Both the position numbers and the translations under genes were made by a program. Below the pieces are notes generated by a model. It was not told where the DNA came from. It made no database searches and worked only from the letters and a program-made list of their open reading frames with translations. Positions 58,689-64,000 of a DNA stretch of 64,000 nucleotides are shown here, in pieces; the first letter of the stretch is position 1; each line of letters opens with the position of its first letter. Source of the DNA: Promethearchaeota archaeon (GTDB taxonomy: Archaea; Asgardarchaeota; Thorarchaeia; Thorarchaeales; Thorarchaeaceae); NCBI GenBank assembly GCA_014728035.1, contig WJMJ01000059.1:96001-160000 (forward strand), written 5' to 3'.

Positions 58689-60029
58689 ATGCTTCGAGCA
58701 ATTAGTTTCAAAATCTATGAATTACGACGCTATCTTGTATTGAGTCTTGTTATTTCAATGATGGCTATTCCCATAGCAAATTCTATTGTAATTGAACGCG
58801 ATAGAAATCGAAATGAGATGTATGGAGAGGCTTTTTGGATTTACGGATTTGGTGTCTACAATATGACAGATACCGAGGTAGCAGAAGCATTAGATCCTAC
58901 TTTTGGTTATGATGATGGGCTTCATACCTTGCCAGAATATCTTGGAAATGTTAAGTATGAATATCCTGTTTTCGGTCTCATATTCTTTGCAATAGCGACT
59001 TGGATATTTCCTGGGGGCGGACCACTACAGCCCTTATGGTTGAATTTTCTGATGACTCTTGTATTTCACCTTAATCTTGTTCTCATTGCGATTCTTCTCA
59101 AGGAACGATTGTATGAACAAGAGTGGGCACGACTATTTGTAGGCGGCTATTACGTCTATGGGCTTATCATGTCCGCAGGTGGTGGTAAATTAGAACCATT
59201 AGTGGACTGTCTATTTCTAATGGCACTAGTTCTACACCAAGAAAAACAATATGGGAAGTCCATGTTCACACTGGGTCTCGCATTTCAAACAAAAATTTAC
59301 CCCGCAGTTGCATTTCCTGTATTCTTTTTGGTAAATCCTTTGTCTTCTGTATGGTTCTTCATATCAATGATTATTACTGTGGTTCCTCTAACAATGTTTG
59401 GTGTTGGATTTGACTCGTTAATCAAACATTTCTTGAATACATCAGAATACTCGCAACAGATAGTCAATCCTACATTTCCGGGGTTAGTGCAATCTCCGAT
59501 ACTTCCTGATGCCACCTCTTCTTATCTTTGGCTTCCTGCACTAATTCCTGTAATCCTCTACATAGCTTTTGTATTATACACCTTCCCCTTGTATCTTCCT
59601 GAGAAGAAAGAATTCTTTGATGCATCTTTATATGACAAATTTAAGAAATTGATTCCTCTATACGTCTATTTACTCCCTGGTATACTATTTGTATTTCGCT
59701 GGGTTATGCCTTGGTATCTGATGTGGTTATCATCAATGATATTTGTCTTCAAATCTGAACGGCATTCACATGGTTACATTAAACATCTGACGATTGTCGG
59801 ATTGGTATACGCCTATGGTGTATTAGTTAATCTGCCCTATTTCCTCTCCGGCCCACTACCAGATTTTCTCGGCCATTTTCCATTAGGTTGGCTTACGCTA
59901 CTTGGAATGGCACTGTTGGTAGTTCTCTCGGTGATAGCTTTTGTTATCTGGAGTAAAGAAATGAAGAAACGCGAGTATCATGATAAATTAGTTCAAGAAG
60001 CTGAAGCTCGTGGAGAGTTGGTGATTTAA
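58689..60029 (+). CDS. Multi-pass membrane protein, possible GT-C (GT87-like) glycosyltransferase
   Basis: About 11 TMs; YEYPV loop motif, TKIYP, PWYLMW. Confidence 0.6.
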   Translation: MLRAISFKIYELRRYLVLSLVISMMAIPIANSIVIERDRNRNEMYGEAFWIYGFGVYNMTDTEVAEALDPTFGYDDGLHTLPEYLGNVKYEYPVFGLIFFAIATWIFPGGGPLQPLWLNFLMTLVFHLNLVLIAILLKERLYEQEWARLFVGGYYVYGLIMSAGGGKLEPLVDCLFLMALVLHQEKQYGKSMFTLGLAFQTKIYPAVAFPVFFLVNPLSSVWFFISMIITVVPLTMFGVGFDSLIKHFLNTSEYSQQIVNPTFPGLVQSPILPDATSSYLWLPALIPVILYIAFVLYTFPLYLPEKKEFFDASLYDKFKKLIPLYVYLLPGILFVFRWVMPWYLMWLSSMIFVFKSERHSHGYIKHLTIVGLVYAYGVLVNLPYFLSGPLPDFLGHFPLGWLTLLGMALLVVLSVIAFVIWSKEMKKREYHDKLVQEAEARGELVI

Positions 60030-60502
60030 TCACGTACTCTCCCATTCTCAGCGTAGTACTTGATAATACGCTCTCGGATAAGCGTTGAAGAACAAAGACC
60101 GTCTGCTTTTTGTTTTTTCAACCTTACAATTTGTGTTGATACTCCTCTTGAAGCAAAACTGTTTTGTAGTGCATCAATGTCAGTTTTTTGATCATATCCA
60201 AGAGCAATGATGTCAGGACTCAGATCTCTAACAATTTTCGTATGGTCTGTGGTTTCATATCCAACAATTGCTTTATCTACAATTTGCAGGGACTCGACTA
60301 ATTTTCTTCGTTGCTCTTGGGGAAAGACTGGAGGTGCTCCCCTCTCTCTTTCGATGGTGTCATCTCTTGCAATAACTACTACAAGTATACCCTCCTTACC
60401 AGCAAGCTCTCTTGCTTGATTTAGGTAAGCTAGATGTCCTAGATGAAGGATATCGAATTTTCCTGCTGCAAGAACCTTCTTGCCTGACATAGTCGTCTTC
60501 AA
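60026..60502 (-). CDS. ribL: FAD synthase (cytidylyltransferase family)
   Basis: GKFDILHLGH, VVIARD, PDIIALGYDQ, CSSTLI. Confidence 0.88.
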   Translation of the reverse strand: MKTTMSGKKVLAAGKFDILHLGHLAYLNQARELAGKEGILVVVIARDDTIERERGAPPVFPQEQRRKLVESLQIVDKAIVGYETTDHTKIVRDLSPDIIALGYDQKTDIDALQNSFASRGVSTQIVRLKKQKADGLCSSTLIRERIIKYYAENGRVRD

Positions 60503-60519
60503 CCTCTGCTGTGGTTTCT

Positions 60520-60780
60520 CTAATCTTCATCCACAGCAAGGAATTCGTGACCTTCACCTATTACTTCAATCCTTCGCTTTGTTTTGGTGATTTGACTAAC
60601 ATGAACTAATCCATTGATTTCAAGCTCAAGTAATGCGGCATTGAGCTCTCCTTCACTAGGAACTCCTCCAGTTTCTTTTTTGAGAGCTCTACCAAGTTCA
60701 TCATCAAGTATTATCCCATGACGTTTTGAGAGGATTTTCATAATGCTGTTTCTAAGTGGCATTGGATTCCATGTTGTCAT
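60520..60780 (-). CDS. Small winged-helix-like hypothetical protein
   Basis: 86 aa; LNAALLELEINGLVHVS; co-oriented downstream of cdc48. Confidence 0.75.
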   Translation of the reverse strand: MTTWNPMPLRNSIMKILSKRHGIILDDELGRALKKETGGVPSEGELNAALLELEINGLVHVSQITKTKRRIEVIGEGHEFLAVDED

Positions 60781-60798
60781 TTCTCAATATCTCCTTGT

Positions 60799-63054
60799 TT
60801 AGATTACCCCTGGTGGTCCTGCAGAAGTAACACCTGCAGTTTTTCTTAGTTCTCGTTCAAGTTTGACATAGCGGTCAAGATCTTCTTTACTAACCGATGG
60901 ATGCATACTCTTGAGAGCTGATTCAAAATGCTTCCACGAAACTATTTCGATATCTATATCCTCTCTAAGAGCTCTCATTCCTGCTTCACGGCAGAGTGCT
61001 TCAATATCCCCGCCAACAAAATTCTCTGTTTCTGCAACCAATCTTGCAATGTCAACATCATCCGCAGTTGGCATTTCTGAGGTGTAGATATCGAAGATTT
61101 CTTTTCGACTCTCTGCGTCTGGAGCACCTATGTATACAAATCTATCAAATCGGCCGGTTCTCCTCAAAGCTGGATCGATTAGGTCCGGACGATTTGTTGC
61201 AGCAAGAATAATTATGTCTTTCATCGATTCCAGTCCATCCATTTCTGTTAAGAGCTGGCTTATCACTCTCTCAGTAACATGACTGTCACCTGCAGACCTC
61301 CCTCTTGTGGGTGCAATGGCATCAATCTCATCAAAGAAGATGATTGCAGGAGCTGCGGTTCTTGCTTTCCTAAATACTTCTCGAATAGCTTTTTCGCTTT
61401 CTCCGACCCATTTGGATAAGAGCTCTGGGCCTTTAACACTGATGAAGTTGGCTTGGCTTTCAGTTGCCACAGCTCGTGCTAGTAGCGTTTTGCCGCATCC
61501 TGGTGGTCCAAATATCAAGACACCTTTTGGAGCAGTGATGCCTATTCGTTTGAATGCTTCTGGTCTCTTCAAAGGCCATTCAACCACTTCAATCAGCTCC
61601 TGTTTTTCGCTCTGAAGACCTCCGATTTTATCCCATGTCACATCTGGTACTTCTACAAAGACCTCTCTTACTGCTGATGGTTGTATTTCTCTAAGTGCAC
61701 CAACAAAATCATCACTGGTAACTTCAAGTTGGTCCAAAACATCTTGAGGTATTTCTTCATCATCAAGGTTGATTTTGGGAAGGTATCTTCGTAAGGCTTT
61801 CATTGCTGCTTCACGACAAAGGGCCTGTAAATCAGCACCAACAAATCCGTGAGTAATCTTTGCCAAGTCTTCAAGGTCTACTTTACTTTTACCTTCTTCA
61901 GATAATGGCATACCTCTTGAATGGATATGCAATACCTCTAGCCGACCTGTTTCATCAGGAACCCCTATCTCAATCTCTCTATCAAATCGACCTGGCCTTC
62001 TAAGAGCTGGGTCCAAGGCATTTACTCTGTTTGTCGCACCTATTACAACTACTTGCCCTCTGGCCTTTAGTCCATCCATTGTAGCTAGCAACTGTGCCAC
62101 AACTCGTCTCTCAACTTCTCCTTGAACATCTTCTCTTTTTGGTGCGATAGCGTCTAGCTCGTCTATGAAAATAATACTTGGCGCATTTTCTTCAGCATCT
62201 TCGAATATTTTTCTAAGTTTTTGTTCCGACTCACCATAGAATTTGGACATAATTTCGGGTCCATTGATATGGATGAAATTAGCTTCAGATTCTGATGCTA
62301 CTGCCTTAGCTAATAGTGTTTTTCCGGTGCCTGGAGGGCCATGTAAAATCAAACCTCGTGGTGGATCTATACCCAATCGCTTGAATATTTCGGGGTGCTT
62401 CATGGGTAGTTCTACCATCTCTCGAATTCTTTGTATAGGTTCTGAAAGACCCCCAATCTCTTCATATGTCACCTGTGATGTCCCGACAGTATCTCCAGCA
62501 GGTTTTTCTGCAATTGTCAATATAGTGGAGTGTTGTACAACTACTGTTCCAGCAGGTTTAACCGATGTTACTTTGAACGGAATTGCACGTCCAAGAATTG
62601 GAATGAACACAGTGTCTTGAGTTGTGACAGGACAATTCAAAAGTTTGCGCTTCACGAATTCCTCGAATCTTGGTTCAGGACGTATTGGTACTGAAGTTGG
62701 AGCTAATGTGATATTTCGTGCTGATTCTTCATTTGCCCTTGAAACTTTTACTTTTTCACTTAGACTTACTCCAGCGTTCCGTCTAATCCTGCCATCCATT
62801 CGAATGATTTCGCGCCCTTTATCGCCTTGATATGCTGGCCAAGCTATAGCTGCTGTTGTCCTTTTTCCCTTAATTTGAATAATATCGCCAGTTCTGACAC
62901 CCAGTTTGTCCATTGAAACTGAATCAATACGGACGATGAATCTACCAATGTCTCTATGTTCCGCTTCTGATACTTTCAGCACGATTTCAACCAATTCTAA
63001 ATCCTCCGTGCTCAGTAATTGAGAGCTATTAACAATACCATCATTGTATTGCAA
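60799..63054 (-). CDS. cdc48: CDC48/VCP AAA+ ATPase
   Basis: Two AAA modules ([27 protein letters not shown]), N-domain IRMDG; true start probably about 60 nt downstream, after GGAGGA. Confidence 0.96.
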   Translation of the reverse strand: MQYNDGIVNSSQLLSTEDLELVEIVLKVSEAEHRDIGRFIVRIDSVSMDKLGVRTGDIIQIKGKRTTAAIAWPAYQGDKGREIIRMDGRIRRNAGVSLSEKVKVSRANEESARNITLAPTSVPIRPEPRFEEFVKRKLLNCPVTTQDTVFIPILGRAIPFKVTSVKPAGTVVVQHSTILTIAEKPAGDTVGTSQVTYEEIGGLSEPIQRIREMVELPMKHPEIFKRLGIDPPRGLILHGPPGTGKTLLAKAVASESEANFIHINGPEIMSKFYGESEQKLRKIFEDAEENAPSIIFIDELDAIAPKREDVQGEVERRVVAQLLATMDGLKARGQVVVIGATNRVNALDPALRRPGRFDREIEIGVPDETGRLEVLHIHSRGMPLSEEGKSKVDLEDLAKITHGFVGADLQALCREAAMKALRRYLPKINLDDEEIPQDVLDQLEVTSDDFVGALREIQPSAVREVFVEVPDVTWDKIGGLQSEKQELIEVVEWPLKRPEAFKRIGITAPKGVLIFGPPGCGKTLLARAVATESQANFISVKGPELLSKWVGESEKAIREVFRKARTAAPAIIFFDEIDAIAPTRGRSAGDSHVTERVISQLLTEMDGLESMKDIIILAATNRPDLIDPALRRTGRFDRFVYIGAPDAESRKEIFDIYTSEMPTADDVDIARLVAETENFVGGDIEALCREAGMRALREDIDIEIVSWKHFESALKSMHPSVSKEDLDRYVKLERELRKTAGVTSAGPPGVI

Positions 63055-63199
63055 ATCTCAATTCTGCATCGGATAGTTTTGATATCACAATTTAATGTGA
63101 TACAAATCTTCTACATAACGCCTAACGCGAGATATTTTAAATTATTAGCTCGATGAGCTTTAAAAAAAGGTCTTGGAAGGTATATTTTCCTTCCCCTTT

Positions 63200-63466
63200 T
63201 TACATCCTGGAAACTATCTCCACTTCTACTTGGGCAACTCCTTCGATTGAGCTGATGGCATTTTCAATGTCCTCTGTGCCCCCCATTGCTTCGTCTCTAC
63301 CGATTCGAAGCTTCAGAGCTTTCAACCCAAATGCTACTGGTACAATCTCGGAAGCACGCACATCTGTTCCATCTGGAACAACCTCTTTTATTTGATCTGT
63401 TAGTGCGTTAAGGTCTACATCAACGTCTTCAGGCATCACTTTCATGGTAATTATTACTCTAGCCAT
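63200..63466 (-). CDS. ef1b: Translation elongation factor 1-beta
   Basis: KVMPEDVDVDL, VPVAFGLKAL, GGTEDIE. Confidence 0.95.
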   Translation of the reverse strand: MARVIITMKVMPEDVDVDLNALTDQIKEVVPDGTDVRASEIVPVAFGLKALKLRIGRDEAMGGTEDIENAISSIEGVAQVEVEIVSRM

Positions 63467-63486
63467 TTTTTTTCACCTGTTTACAT

Positions 63487-63654
63487 TTATGGGCCTTCAA
63501 AACCACAGCTTGGGCATTTGTAATTGTTTGAAAATAATCTACATGACTGACATCGCCAAATCATAAAACTGCCACAAGATGGGCATTTGAATTTGACACT
63601 GTCTTCGTCAGGAGATACTGAACCGTGGCACGAAGTGCATCTTATTGCTTTCAT
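63487..63654 (-). CDS. Small double Zn-finger protein (DUF1610 / HVO_2753-like)
   Basis: MKAIRCTSCH...FKCPSCG..IWRCQSCR....YKCPSCGFEGP; typical position upstream of EF-1beta; not in the ORF track. Confidence 0.92.
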   Translation of the reverse strand: MKAIRCTSCHGSVSPDEDSVKFKCPSCGSFMIWRCQSCRLFSNNYKCPSCGFEGP

Positions 63655-63829
63655 TGATTAATTCCACCAGAGGGAAGTTGTAATGTTGGCTTTTTTGACC
63701 GTCTTGTGCAGTTATTATAAACCTACCTAAATCACCACATTCGGCTCTTGTATCTATTTTCCATGATACTAAAATATCTCAATTCATATATGTAATGAGA
63801 CCAGTTGCCATTATTGTAGAGTGATTCAT

Positions 63830-64000
63830 ATGGGCACGTCACTGAGCGATATAATCAAGGCCGATACAGTTTCTCTGAATGATCTCTCTGGCCGGAAGAT
63901 AGCTATTGATGCATTTAATACGCTCTATCAGTTTCTGTCTTCAATTCGTCAACCAGATGGTACTCCATTGATGGACCGAAAAGGTCGTATTACAAGCCAT
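63830..64000 (+). CDS. fen: Flap endonuclease-1, N-terminal part (truncated by the window edge)
   Basis: MGTSLSDII...[37 protein letters not shown]; not in the ORF track. Confidence 0.95.
   Translation, partial: MGTSLSDIIKADTVSLNDLSGRKIAIDAFNTLYQFLSSIRQPDGTPLMDRKGRITSH

Noticed and set aside
1-64000. CRISPR arrays, tRNA/rRNA genes, transposases, integrases
   Set aside because: No regularly spaced direct repeats, cloverleaf motifs or DDE/tyrosine-recombinase ORFs seen by eye; tRNAscan-SE or a CRISPR finder would be needed for certainty

Overview
A gene-dense archaeal chromosomal segment of about 60 CDS. The host is very probably an Asgard archaeon, most likely Thorarchaeia-like. This is inferred from a cluster of four roadblock/LC7 genes, an MglA-type small GTPase and a Sec23/24-type Zn-finger-vWA gene, plus PCI-like and EMC6-like proteins. 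Most of the window is housekeeping. Translation genes include DRG GTPase, uL16, eL33, eS8, EF-1beta, deoxyhypusine synthase and Rqc2. DNA and protein maintenance genes include Smc-ScpA-ScpB, Hef, FEN1 and Cdc48. Metabolic genes include ADP-forming acetyl-CoA synthetase, a thiol:fumarate-reductase-type TfrAB, class I fumarase, HypA/E, NadC, PyrC, DeoC, GlmU and RibL. I saw no tRNA, rRNA, CRISPR array or transposase. Main highlights: (1) a compact three-gene 7-deazaguanine modification locus (DpdA-type transglycosylase, stand-alone ArcS-motif protein, YaaA/DpdC-like protein) with no dpdB or dpdD-K; (2) an unannotated box C/D sRNA whose two guides match LSU rRNA helix 69-71; (3) a 12-aa proline-rich micro-ORF with its own SD and terminator, converging on an AT-rich prolyl oligopeptidase (possible RiPP pair); (4) the roadblock/GTPase/Sec23-like module; (5) several small ORFs missing from the ORF track. 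All family assignments come from motif recognition by eye; no database searches were run.
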